DNA of 64,000 nt from Paragordius varius (GCA_964247055.1 OZ176054.1:12834001-12898000); one strand, 5' to 3'. Positions 37,389 through 49,039 are shown, counted from the first letter of the stretch. Translations and numbers: made by a program. The notes: generated by a model not told the origin, from the letters alone.

Positions 37389-39689
37389 TTAAATCGTTGT
37401 CTCAATAGTACTGTAAAGTACATCATAGCTTATTTTAGGGCTACCAGGGTAACTGCGAAACGTTACCGAGTCTTTTGACTGTTCTTTACTATCCTGGCGT
37501 TGAGATATGTTCAAAGTTACATTTTCAGTGGAGCCTATATCAAAACTTTCACATTGGCTTTCATCAATAGTTTTGTTTATGATAGGAGAAAGTGTATCGG
37601 GTGAAAAGGGAAGGAGAGCTTTTAAATTATTTTTCGGATATTTGTCCGATTTTTCTTGTGTATTTGAATCAGCTGTTTTTGCTAGTCGGGGCGTATTCGG
37701 CAAAAGATTATCCAGATATGTATCGTCCCGTTTTTGATCGGATATTGCTTGATGATTATTGGGTAATGTTGGTTCTTTACCCATATTTTTTAGGTTTGAG
37801 ATGTATGTAGAAAAATATTTAATAATTTTATTCCCACCATTGTCAGTGCCCTTTTTGCGATGGTGTTGAAGATGTTGGGCACTACTGTGTTTAGCCTTGC
37901 TAGCTTTTTTATACTTTTTCCTACGGGCCGCTAAGCCAGGACACAGCAGTTCAAGAAACGCATTGTAAAAACTTTTGGAAAGAAAGGAATACAGAATGGG
38001 ATTAACGCACGAATTCATGTAAGCCAAACAATTAGCAGCCACCAGAGCCGGTTGAAAGGCCGATCCAAATTCATGGGTCGAAAAATTGTGGATCATAAGC
38101 ATAATGTGGATAGGGAGCCAGCAAAGTGCAAACACGACCACGACAATAACGGTTAACCGTGTCACTTTTCGCTTGTTTTTGAGGTGGGATCCATCATTAG
38201 CTTTGTTCAGCAGTATAGCTGCCAACGATGTTTTTCCATTCCCGGAATCATTATTCATTCCATTGGCTCCAACATTCTTTCGGTAACATATTCGACTAAG
38301 TCTGAGTGGAACTTCACTGCTAAAGCTGGCGTTTTCATCATGGAATCTCCGGGAATCTCTTAGATGATCCGTAGAGGATTCTTCGGTCTCTATAGTAGTT
38401 GATGCTTTGTAATAGGGTGATAATGTAGTAGCTGTATTGTTTGTGGAAGAACGATTGGCATTAAAGTGATAATTAAATGGATTCTTCAATTTTATCTTAA
38501 TTTTTTGGGGTTTGATATTACCCTTATTATTTCTTGTGTAAAGGGAGGATTCAGTTTGACTACATTCATGACTAGAGCACGATGGTTTTTGAATGGATGA
38601 CACACCTTTTCTATAATTGTAAGGTTTAGGTGTACTGTGATCAGTGACAGTTATATTGTGACAACGAGAAGAAGGTTGTAAAAAACTGGCCGATGTCTGA
38701 CTCTTTTCCCAAAGGGCCCGTATCAGGATTATATAGAGGATACAAATTGTACTTATGGGTAAAACGAATGTCATAATAAAAAAGAGTGAATAAAATATTT
38801 GTGGAAGGAGCAGAGATCCGGGTAACATGATGCAGGCCGACCGGTTTTGACCGCCAAACTCATATTCCACCTTTTGGTAAATGAAAAACACGGGGATATT
38901 TAACGTGAAAGAGCCTATCCACACAGCCACCATGATATATACCGTTTTATTGATGGTACACAGGTAAAGTGATCTCATGGGATATACTACAACAATATAT
39001 CGTATAACTGACATAGATACTAGGGTATAGACACTGGCATAAGCACATACATTTATCATGTATTGCACAAACCGACACCAAACATCGGAGAATGGCCATT
39101 GCGCTAAAGCATATTGGGTCCCAGTAAAGGGAACACAAATCAGGAGGAAACTTATATCAGCGATGGCCAGATTGGCTATTAAAACATTTGTGGCACTGCG
39201 GAAATGTTTATTGCGTACAATGACAAGAACAACCAGGGAATTTCCAATCAACCCTATAATTATGATTATGCCAAAAATGAGTGGGACAACTATAGACAGA
39301 ATATTCTCGAAAGATCTAACATCTTGATACTCCTCGGTTGAGTATGCGTCGGATAAATTGGCATCTATATTACTATCATTCAGGGTAAGATTCGTGGCAG
39401 TCGCATTGAAAAGGGAGCTATTGGAAGCAAAGGTTTGTTGTAAGGTTGAAGCGATCTGCTTTAAAATTATGGATAAATTGTAATTTCCTGAAATGTCTTT
39501 CAATCGATTGCCCTTTGACATATTGGAAGAGAAAAATTGGCCAACGGAATATGGATTCCGAGATATATTATGAGCAAAAAGTACCTTATTTTTGTTATTA
39601 GAGTTAATACTACTCCCTCCACGGTAACCAATGTTATAACCATTTTGTTGCGATAAGGTTAAAAACGATGTTAGGAGTGTTGGGAACAT
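37389..39689 (-). CDS. AstA-R: Rhodopsin-class neuropeptide GPCR, allatostatin-A / galanin receptor family, single exon, ~766 aa
   Basis: Seven TM segments in one ORF (first ATG 39689; track uses TTG 39704): IVVPLIFG..GLIGNSLV, RSATNVLIANLAIADISFLLICVPFT, WPFSDVWCRFVQY, ASVYTLVSMSVIRY, VFALCWLPIH, LAYMNSCVNPILY. These closely parallel insect AstA receptor motifs. Confidence 0.9.
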   Translation of the reverse strand: MFPTLLTSFLTLSQQNGYNIGYRGGSSINSNNKNKVLFAHNISRNPYSVGQFFSSNMSKGNRLKDISGNYNLSIILKQIASTLQQTFASNSSLFNATATNLTLNDSNIDANLSDAYSTEEYQDVRSFENILSIVVPLIFGIIIIIGLIGNSLVVLVIVRNKHFRSATNVLIANLAIADISFLLICVPFTGTQYALAQWPFSDVWCRFVQYMINVCAYASVYTLVSMSVIRYIVVVYPMRSLYLCTINKTVYIMVAVWIGSFTLNIPVFFIYQKVEYEFGGQNRSACIMLPGSLLLPQIFYSLFFIMTFVLPISTICILYIILIRALWEKSQTSASFLQPSSRCHNITVTDHSTPKPYNYRKGVSSIQKPSCSSHECSQTESSLYTRNNKGNIKPQKIKIKLKNPFNYHFNANRSSTNNTATTLSPYYKASTTIETEESSTDHLRDSRRFHDENASFSSEVPLRLSRICYRKNVGANGMNNDSGNGKTSLAAILLNKANDGSHLKNKRKVTRLTVIVVVVFALCWLPIHIMLMIHNFSTHEFGSAFQPALVAANCLAYMNSCVNPILYSFLSKSFYNAFLELLCPGLAARRKKYKKASKAKHSSAQHLQHHRKKGTDNGGNKIIKYFSTYISNLKNMGKEPTLPNNHQAISDQKRDDTYLDNLLPNTPRLAKTADSNTQEKSDKYPKNNLKALLPFSPDTLSPIINKTIDESQCESFDIGSTENVTLNISQRQDSKEQSKDSVTFRSYPGSPKISYDVLYSTIETTI

Positions 39690-41016
39690 AATGAATAATA
39701 TCAAAAATGTTTTTTCAAAAATGGCAAATATAGATGATTTTTTATCTCCAATATCTCATTCAATTTATGATCAATCTGATCAATTTAATCCTATGGGATT
39801 TAGAGGAATTGTATTTGATTTTAGCCATATACAAGGAGTTGGCTATTTTTTGGTTTTTTTCTGTCATAATTAATCCAGAATGCACTGAGAATCAAGAAAA
39901 TACAATTAATACAAGGCTTAAAAAGCCAAATTCATAGGAAAAGACAATGAAAAAATTTTCCCCCACAAACATGTAAAATTATGTAAATTCATTTTCTGCA
40001 ACATATTTTATTAATGGACAAACCCAGACCCTCTCGGAAATATATTTCCTTTTTTGATTGATGTAATGTTTTAAGATGTTGGATGTGTTTGCATGTAATG
40101 ACAAAAATACCAGGAACTATGGATTATTTAATATAAAATGGCTATTCGATAGACTTTGGTATATATAAAATAATTTTAACAAGAAAAAAAATAAAATTAT
40201 CAATAAGTTACATATATATTTATATTAGTTTAGAGATGATTGAAATCTGAGCTATTTGTAAATTTTTATTATTCTTGTGCTAATCGCCTATGCAATCCAA
40301 TGCAATGTTAAAATAATATAAACAATATTTTTTTTTAAAAAAAAAAATTTTTTAAAAAAATAAGATTAAAAATACCACAATAAAAACAATAAAATAATTA
40401 TAAATCGCTGATAATAATAATCTATATATTTATCATAAGAAAGCTGTGAGATCTCAAATTACCAATTTATTATGTTATAAAAACAAAACAAAAAAAATTA
40501 TATATTTTTTCATATTATTATCTCATCAACAAATTTTTTTAGATCTTTGCTTTTCTTATATAATAATTACACTATACTAGAAAACTTTGCAATCTAAGCC
40601 TAACTATATATGTCACAAATATTTTGACAATATATATATATATATACTATTGCTTTTAGTTTATAGAGTAAGTATTAATCAGAAATTGACCTAGAAATTC
40701 CTCTCTGCGTTTGTAGGATGCAAAAAAAATTATGCACACTTTATACAAAAATAAATCTGATAAGGGGAAATTTTTTTTATTTCAGAGCAAAACACTAGCA
40801 CAAGACTTATTAACATAAGTTACAGTTATAACTGTTATACTTAAAACTTATTAGTAGAGAAGAAAGAATAAATCATAATTTATTTAACAAGAAGACTAAT
40901 TATATATATATATATACTTCATCTCTAATTTTGTCTTTTGTCTTTATTTTAGATATTATCAGAATAAGAGTTAAGAGTGTCTTAAAAGAAAGTTATCTAT
41001 ACATATCATTATTTTT

Positions 41017-41019
<3 letters not shown>

Positions 41020-41070
<51 letters not shown>
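41020..41070. repeat. (AT)n microsatellite, longest in the window
   Basis: ~25 perfect units. Confidence 0.95.
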
Positions 41071-41073
<3 letters not shown>

Positions 41074-41551
41074 GACAAATTTTTGATCTAATTTTTTATA
41101 TTATAACTAAATATAGTTAGTAAGTCTAATTATAATATATATTGATTAATTGAGGGATAAAATTCCTTAACCTTTTAAAGGGGAACATTCAAACTAAATA
41201 ACTTATCAAATAAAACTCTATAATTATATAAAGAAATTATTAGACTCATGGGCACCACAATCCAATTAATCAATCATTTATTACAAAAAAATAAAAATTT
41301 TAACTCAATAAAACTAATTAAAAAATAAATCTCTATCAATATTTTTTGTGTGAATCTTAAAAAAATGTTACGCATTGGAATGTAAGAAAGAAATGATTAA
41401 TCTTTTATATGAAATACATAGTTCAGAAAAAATGGAATTTTTAAGATAATAATTATACCTGCTATATATACCAAGATTAATTATTACAATGAACATCAAT
41501 AATTATTGGTTATAAGGGTTATGTAATTGGTGGTCGATGGAAATATAATTA

Positions 41552-41841
41552 TAGTAAAAACTGAAATTATACGGACGAAACGTAATAATATAAAGACGAA
41601 TATTTTTTTATTAAAAACAACCAACCATACTTTTTAAATCTTGATTATGTTAAATATATCTGATTGTTTTATACTGCAAAGTATAAAATAGAGATTTAAA
41701 TTGGTAACACAATCTATTTTTGGTTATACGATCGTAATATAATGATTTTTATAGGGTAATTTAGGGTTTAAAAAGAAAGTATGATTTGTAAAAAAAAGTT
41801 TTATTTTTATACGTTTTGTCGGTATAATTTCAATTTTACTC
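41552..41841. mobile_element. MITE family A
   Basis: TAGTAAAAACTGAAATTATACGGACGAAACG ... CGTTTTGTCGGTATAATTTCAATTTTACTC. Confidence 0.8.
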
Positions 41842-42472
41842 TAATATAAATGATCAAGTGATCTGTGTATAATAATTTAAAAAAACAAGCAATTTTTTTT
41901 CGTATATACATTTTGTGAGTTTTACCTATTTTCGTGTTCTTTTTTAAGTTGGACTGATTTGATTTTTTTAAGCATTATCGTTTTTTATGAAATATAAATT
42001 CGATTTTTATTACCAATCTTTATAATTTTAAATAATAAACCAAAAATAAACCGTTTTAACCGATTTTTTCCTATGCTATAAGAGGAAAATACGTGAAATT
42101 TTCTCTCATTTGCGCAATTTATGACCCAATAATAATTTTTATATTAAGACTTTTTTGTGGAACTCTTTCCTAAGCAGTCTCTTTACCGCAAGAATAAACT
42201 TCCTTGTCTATAGAAAAGATTTCCTCTTTTTCAACTTAAAAGATTTTATAGCCAAAATTAATCTTCTTGATATGATAGGTAAAAGTTTTAATTAAACAAA
42301 ATGGTTTAAATTTAATGGGAATATTTAGTATTTTTTGATATTAATAAATTATTTATATATTTTTTATTGATGGATGGATTCAGTAGTCTTCTTAAAATTG
42401 CCAATTTTGTCGTATATTCTTTCGAAATTTTTTTTACAAAATACTCAAATTTTTTAAAAGGAAATATATAAT

Positions 42473-45400
42473 TTACACCAATTCGTTGTCCATGTTAAAA
42501 ATAAATGACCTTACACCTATATGTCCATAATATATTTTCGTTAAAAGTTATGAAAAAGTATCCAACAAATAATCATAAATATAGATTGTGATAAAGAAAT
42601 GATAAATGTTTTATACAGATAATATGTGTAAGTAGTTAGCTGATCAAATTTTAGATTAACTATTGGTGTGGTTTCTTCCTGTTTTACACTTAAAAAGCTT
42701 TCAATATCAATAAATATTTTTTCTCATAAAAGTCAATAGTATTCTCTTTTTAAACATATATATAATTACTAATCAAAAGAAGATGATCAATTATATCTAT
42801 TTAATAACTTGCTGGAAAATCAATAGTTTCCAATATAGATAGATAGATTTATATCTTCTCAAATTTTGATATAAAAATAAATCTACTTAAAAAAGCCAAA
42901 TACCACTTATAATTATTATCTTTTATAAAATATAAAACCTAAACATGTCGATAAATTATAAAAATAAATGCAGAAAAATTCGTATAAAAATACCTTTTTC
43001 TCTATGGATGGGTGGATACATCACATGGCTGTCGTAATCCTGTTTATTCCTATACGAAAAATATAATTTTTTATAAATACAGATCTTTATCGAATTTGCA
43101 AATTGATTTACAGACAAAATGTAAACGTATAAAGACAAATATTTTTTACAAAAGACAACCATACAATTTTTAAACGCAATTTTTGGAAATATATCTGATT
43201 GTTTTAAACCGCAAAGTATGAAATAGAGATGTAAATTGGTACGACACTCAAATATATATTTTACAATTGTAATGTAATAGTTTATATTTGAAAAATTAAG
43301 GTTTAAAAAAGTAATGTTAACCTTAAAAAAAGCATATTTGTCTTTTAGTTTTTACATTTACCTGTAAAATTTAGGATAAACTTAATATATTACCTTTTAG
43401 AGTCTAATGGCGTTTGCTTGTGCTCAGAATTATAAATGTAGAAATTTTGGCTATGAGGATGGTGATTATATTGATGTATGAGATCAGTGAAACATCCAAA
43501 TTCGGATTGATCCATTAAAGTATAATCTATAAGATATAAACGAAAATAAAAATTAAAAAAATATATGCAGAACACGATAGCTAAAATAAGGGTGTACCCA
43601 ACGCTTTATATGGTTAACCGCCTGATAATATAGATATATTTTGCCTTAAATTTTTTAAATCCATGTTTCTTGTCTTATCGAGTGTGTTTAAAATATAATA
43701 TTAAAACGCAAAAAAATTTCCCTTACTATAAATTACAGTAAAAACTGATATTAACGTAAAAATATAAAAACAAATTTTTTCTAAAAGACAGCCATACTTT
43801 TCTAATCTTGATTTTTTCAAATATTACTCGTTGTTTAAATGGTAAAGTGTGAAATAGAGATATATATCATTAATACAATCTATTCTATAATTTACAATTG
43901 TAACTAAATAGCTTTTATAGAAAAGTTCAAGGTAGTATGGTTGTCTTTTAGATAAAAATATTTGTCTTTGTATTTTTAAGTTTTGTCCGTATAATTTCAT
44001 TTTTTTATGTAATATAAAGTCGCTCAAAAAAGTATTTTGTTTGCAATCAGTATATACCTTTCCTCTCTGCTTTTTTAACAATTTCCAACTTGATGATTCC
44101 TTGTTCACTATGAGAATGAGATTTTTTAGTGCTTTTGCCTTCCAACAATATTTCAAGATTAACATTGGAAATATTGGTGGCCATAATTAATTTATAGGCT
44201 TGTTGAACTGAAAAGTTGGTGATATCTACATCATTTATACTGACGCATTCGTCCCCAGGCTCAAGAGATCCCAATCTAATATTTTGTAGAAAAAAAATGG
44301 ACAAGTTAAATTTTAAATTTTTGATAAATAAAATTTTTGAGAAAATAAAAAATTAATTGGTACCTGTATGCCGGACTTCCCTTTTTTATGTCACTAATTA
44401 CCAGCGGTTCCCCAAATTTTCGATCAAATCGACCTGATATATATGGATAATAAAAATAACACAAAAATTAATATCTAAAAGGACATATAATTTAAACAGC
44501 CATAGTTTATCCCTACATAAACTATGTTATTACAATTTTAAAATATATATAAATGAGTGTATTACATTCATTTACATCTCTATTCTTATTAAAAATCATG
44601 ATTTAAAAATGTATGGCTATCTTTTTCTATAAAAATATTTGCCTTTAGGTTTTTACGTTTTGTCCTTATAATTTCAAAAAATAGTGGATTGCATTTAAGA
44701 AAGACAGTAAACTGATAGATTAAATAAAGACTCGTAAATCGGATTCCAATATCATTGTGTTCGGGTTTTCGTACAATTTGCACAGCAAATTTCCCACAGT
44801 TTGGTACAATGGAAGTGGCCACTTTAAATTCAATCCCTAGTAAGCAATGTTTAAATCCTCCGGCGTTATTGAGTTTCCCTGGACTTTGAGAAATTTTTTC
44901 AGCAATTTTTTGAGCTCTTGATTGCCCTCTCTCCATGGCCAAGTCGGAAACATTGCAATTATTTATGCTTAATATACGATCTCCTATTTGTAGGACACCA
45001 CATCTATTGTCCATCCAATAAAATAAAATTTATAAAATATAAAATATGTGTTTTTAGTTTTCATATAATTCCAAAGTTAATTACCGATCAGCTACGCTAT
45101 TCTTTTCAATGTTTGTGATGCAAGTGTATAAAATTTCATTCCTTATCCCAATTTTGTCCTATTTTAAACAAATATAAAAGTTGTAAAGAGTATTGAAAAA
45201 AAATTCAGAGTGAAAATATTTTTTTATATAGACAAAAATACTTGTAGAGCTATTCCAAGACCTGTTTTAGCCATAAAATCTAAATTAATTTGGTGTTTTT
45301 CCCATCTGTACACTTGTTGATGTTGGAGATAGGAGGAAAGGGTCGAATTCCGACCTTTTGTATATTATAGTAAATTAAATTTTTTAGCGAAATATTTCAT

Positions 45401-48400
45401 TCTTAATTTTACAAGTAATGAATAATAAAAGACATAAAATTAGTCCAAACTACTAAATTTCAAATATGTATTTAAGATGATTTTATTATTGTGTCAACTT
45501 ATCTTAAAGGTTTGCGTTGTGTTTAAGGGTAATGCTTAAAAAAATAGATTTGATCAATCATACTTTCATATGGTTTAGGATTTGTAGTAGGATATTTAAA
45601 TGTTTTCGCTCCATCCTTTCTGTGGCATTTGACTTTTTTAGTTTTCTTTGATTCGGCTTGTTCAAACGAAGAATCCATAGTTTCTGACTCAAAGCTTCGA
45701 GAACAATTTATATCATCCGTGATTAAATTAAGGGAGTCTTTATCATCGACTAAAGTAGGCAAAAATTAATAAGATTTTACAGTAAAATCGAAATACAACA
45801 GAAAAACGTAATAACTTAAAGACGAATATATTTTCAAAAAACCGCTGTACTGTTTGAAACTTACTTGATTATTTAAATATAACTCATTGTTTTAAATGGT
45901 AAAGTATGAATTAGATATGTAAATTTAACACAATGAATTATATATTTTACGATTAAATAGCTTATATAGAGTATGATTGTTTTATTAAGATATCCATATA
46001 TTTTACCCTTCAATATAATTAAAATTAATATTCTTAAATATTTTTTTAAAAGCATTTATTGTTAAAAAACCTACCTAGTGAAGTTAACTCCTGGACATCA
46101 TCACTTAATTGATGGGTCGAAGGGTGGTTGAATTTTTTAGCCATTTTCCTATTTCCACCATAGGCACTGTTAGACTCGTCGTCATTGCGTTTTCTGTTTG
46201 TACGTCGGCATTTTTTATTAACTTGCAAGTTTTTGGATTTTTTTTCGTTGCAGTCATGGACATCTTTTGTTATTTGACGACTATTTTGTTTTGGAGTATC
46301 ATGAGATTTTGTATTAAAATTAGTGTTGTTTTTGAGCAAAACCAAACGTAAGCGGCTAGAATCCTTGGAGTTTTCACAAGTATTTAAAAGTGTATTTGCT
46401 TCATCCAAACTCATATGACAAGTATCAATATCATTTATATTGAGGATTATATCACCGACAGAAATGATACCACATCTAATTTTTGAGTAATGTCAAAAAA
46501 TAATAAAATTATGTATAATGTTCGTTCTTATAAATGTATCATATATAAAATTTAATTAAGAGGCTTTATGGTTTGAAACAGCCTGTCTACGCTAAAAATG
46601 TTTACGATCAACCAGTGAATGAATGCATATATGCTAAATCAATGATTTTTTTACGATTATTTAATGTAAATATACAACATATCAAAATTAAACCTAAAAA
46701 TACCGTGAAAGTTTTGAATGCATTTATGAATCCACACAATAATTTTCATATTATTGTAAAATAACATCGCAAAATAAATTACCTATCGGCACAGGTAGCT
46801 GGGATAATTTTTTTGACCCCAACGTATCGTTTTTGGCCATCCTCAATCATTACTGAGTTATTTTTCTCGTCACTTTGTGTTGTTGAATTTAGCAAACTTA
46901 TATCGTTGACTAATTTCTCATGTTTGGCATTCAAAGCCATTTTGGCCAAAATTAACCCAATATTTTCGGATTTATTTCTTTCAAATTCTATCATAATCTT
47001 TTGATGATTATCATACTGTTTTTCATCTAAAAGATGATAAAAAAACTTAATTTAAACGATAAAATAAGGTATAAATTTTACATACCGTATTTGATAGTGT
47101 CATATTCAAAGGTGAATGTCGCCTCTTTATTGTAATGCTTTGTAAGGCTAAGAAATTCAGTAAGGGTTGTGTTTTCTAAATTCAGGTTATCCATGAACAA
47201 TATTCTATCGCCGGGTTTAATTGAGCCTTCCCTGTAAAATAATATTATATTATTCATGTATAATAAGTCATTTATTATTCAATAAGGGGGTATTTCTCCA
47301 AATTCATATCCTGAAATAAATTTGGACTAAATTTTAAATAAATAATTTTAATTTATTGATTTGATTTCACAGTAAAAATAGAAACATACGGACAAAAGGT
47401 AAAAATATAAAAACAAATATTTTTTTCTAAAAGATCGACTAGAATAATCTAAATATAACTCATTTTTTAAACTGCAAAGTATAAAATACAGATGTATATT
47501 GGTATCGCATACATTATTATGTGTTTTACAATTGTAATTAAATAATTTACATAGGAAAAATAAATTTTAAAAAAATTGGTTGTTTTTTTAAAATATTTAT
47601 CTATATATTTTTACATTTTGTCCGTATAATTTTAATTTCGACTGTTTTATTATTTTAAGCAATATATAATATTAAAAAATAACCTATCTGCTGGTCCACC
47701 AACCCGGACACTTGTGACCACAAAAGGAACGAAATCGGAATTGTAATCACAATCGAATTGGGTTTTAGGTTTTATAAATTTTTTGGATATTCCATTGTGT
47801 TGCGATGATACGATTTGAACATCTGAACAATTTGGTTTATTATTACTGTTTTTGTTATAACTAAATGTGTTTGGTGACAAAGGGTGAGAGGACATAAAGG
47901 GTGTACTCAAAAAATTTTGACGGCCCCCTCGCACCACAAACCCGAAACCGGGTTGATTTTCATCTTTTCGAAGTCGACATTTGTATTGTTTGAAGCAAAT
48001 TGTTTTTGGGTTCATTAACATTGACGTTGTATTCGTTTCTTCAAAATTACCTTTAAGGGAAAAAAATCAAAATCTATCATAAAGTAATAGTAATAATTGG
48101 GTAAAAAACGGTATTTAAGAATATTTTCAAAGTTCTAAAAATAAAACTTCTATTAGGAAATCAAATGGCTAAAAAATCTTTATATATATTTCATCCTTAA
48201 GTTTGGAAAAAACTTGATTTGAAATAAAATGTTTTGCATACACCGTAAATTATTATTGGGTTTGGGTAAGACGTATTCGATTTCGAATTGAACACCGCTT
48301 GTTTTACGATCACTGATGAAGTTATCGATTTGATTGGGTTTCAATTGACTTACCTTGTGACCATTTATGCTAACAAGTCTATCACCCGGTTCAAAACTGT

Positions 48401-49039
48401 CATTTCTGTTTTATAAACACAATATATTTTATGAGTTTAGTTTAAATACAGTAAAAATTTAAGTTATACGGACAAAACATAAAATATAAAAAGACAAATA
48501 TTTTTTTCAAAAGACTATTGTTCTTTTAAATAATATTTTTCATACTTAAACTGCAAAGTATTAAATAGCGACGTAAAGTGGCAACACACAAAAATATATT
48601 TTACTATGAAAAAAAGGTTTAAAACATATGGTATTGAAAAAAATGGTCGTTATTTTACGGTTCGTCTGTATAATTTCAATTTTAACATTGCTTGATTAAA
48701 GTATAAAATGTCTGTAAAATAAAATCTACCTGTGAGCTAAAGATCCTGGTTTAATCGAAGCTATACGAACCCCTTTATTTTTGTGATTTTCTAGAATACA
48801 AATAATTATATAGGCAATCGACCATTTTAAATATTTTAAATAAATTGAGAGGTTTTTGTTTTTAAACTTTTGACTTACAATACCTTATTTTAAATTTAAT
48901 ATATCTTCTGGATGCTTAAAAAAATTAAGCATTTTTTTATTTCAAGTCCAAAAAATATTTGTACCTGATATGGTTATGCCAAAGGACATATTTTCATCAG
49001 TTTTACTGAGGCTAATTATTGCACGTCCATATACATAAT
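42473..49039 (-). CDS. GRIP: GRIP-type multi-PDZ scaffold (5 intact PDZ domains plus a degenerate sixth); 5' end lies upstream, last exon tentative
   Basis: Phase-consistent exons 49039-48965, 48790-48730, 48405-48242, 48050-47684, 47231-47086, 47026-46783, 46475-46075, 45749-45564, 45354-45242, 45158-45085, 45003-44732, 44433-44364, 44275-44058, 43526-43394, 43049-42994 and tentatively 42516-42473. GRIP-like strings: GFGFVVRGG..VTSVRVGGPADREGSIKPGDR (PDZ2), ADRCGVLQIGDR (PDZ4), GEPLVISDIKKGS (PDZ5). Confidence 0.9.
43092..43365. mobile_element. MITE family A in GRIP intron, ends degenerate
   Basis: ACAGACAAAATGTAAACGTATAAAGACAAATATTTTT...AAGACAACCATAC; right arm truncated. Confidence 0.7.
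43736..44009. mobile_element. MITE family A in GRIP intron
   Basis: TA|CAGTAAAAACTG ... TTTTGTCCGTATAATTTCATTTTTTTATG|TA. Confidence 0.8.
44460..44690. mobile_element. MITE family A in GRIP intron, degenerate
   Basis: GTATGGCTATCTTT...ATATTTGCCTTT...TTTTACGTTTTGTCCTTATAATTTCAA; left arm decayed. Confidence 0.65.
45780..46035. mobile_element. MITE family A in GRIP intron, right arm degenerate
   Basis: TA|CAGTAAAATCGAAATAC...AAACGTAATAACTTAAAGACGAATA; internal ATATAACTCATTGTTTTAAA. Confidence 0.7.
47370..47644. mobile_element. MITE family A in GRIP intron
   Basis: CAGTAAAAATAGAAACATACGGACAAAAGG ... TTTTGTCCGTATAATTTTAATTTCGACTG. Confidence 0.8.
48449..48687. mobile_element. MITE family A in GRIP intron
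   Basis: TA|CAGTAAAAATTTAAGTTATACGGACAAAAC ... TTTACGGTTCGTCTGTATAATTTCAATTTT. Confidence 0.78.

Noticed and set aside
22531-44165. ORFs 22531-22815, 24775-25125, 25122-25322 and 43824-44165
   Set aside because: They run through family-A MITE sequence or the wrong frame of GRIP exons; there are no transposase motifs.
9936-46351. ORFs antisense or out of frame within Pc, the orphan gene, the GPCR and GRIP (e.g. 9936-10145, 34523-34840, 37507-37737, 46109-46351)
   Set aside because: Shadow ORFs of real coding exons.
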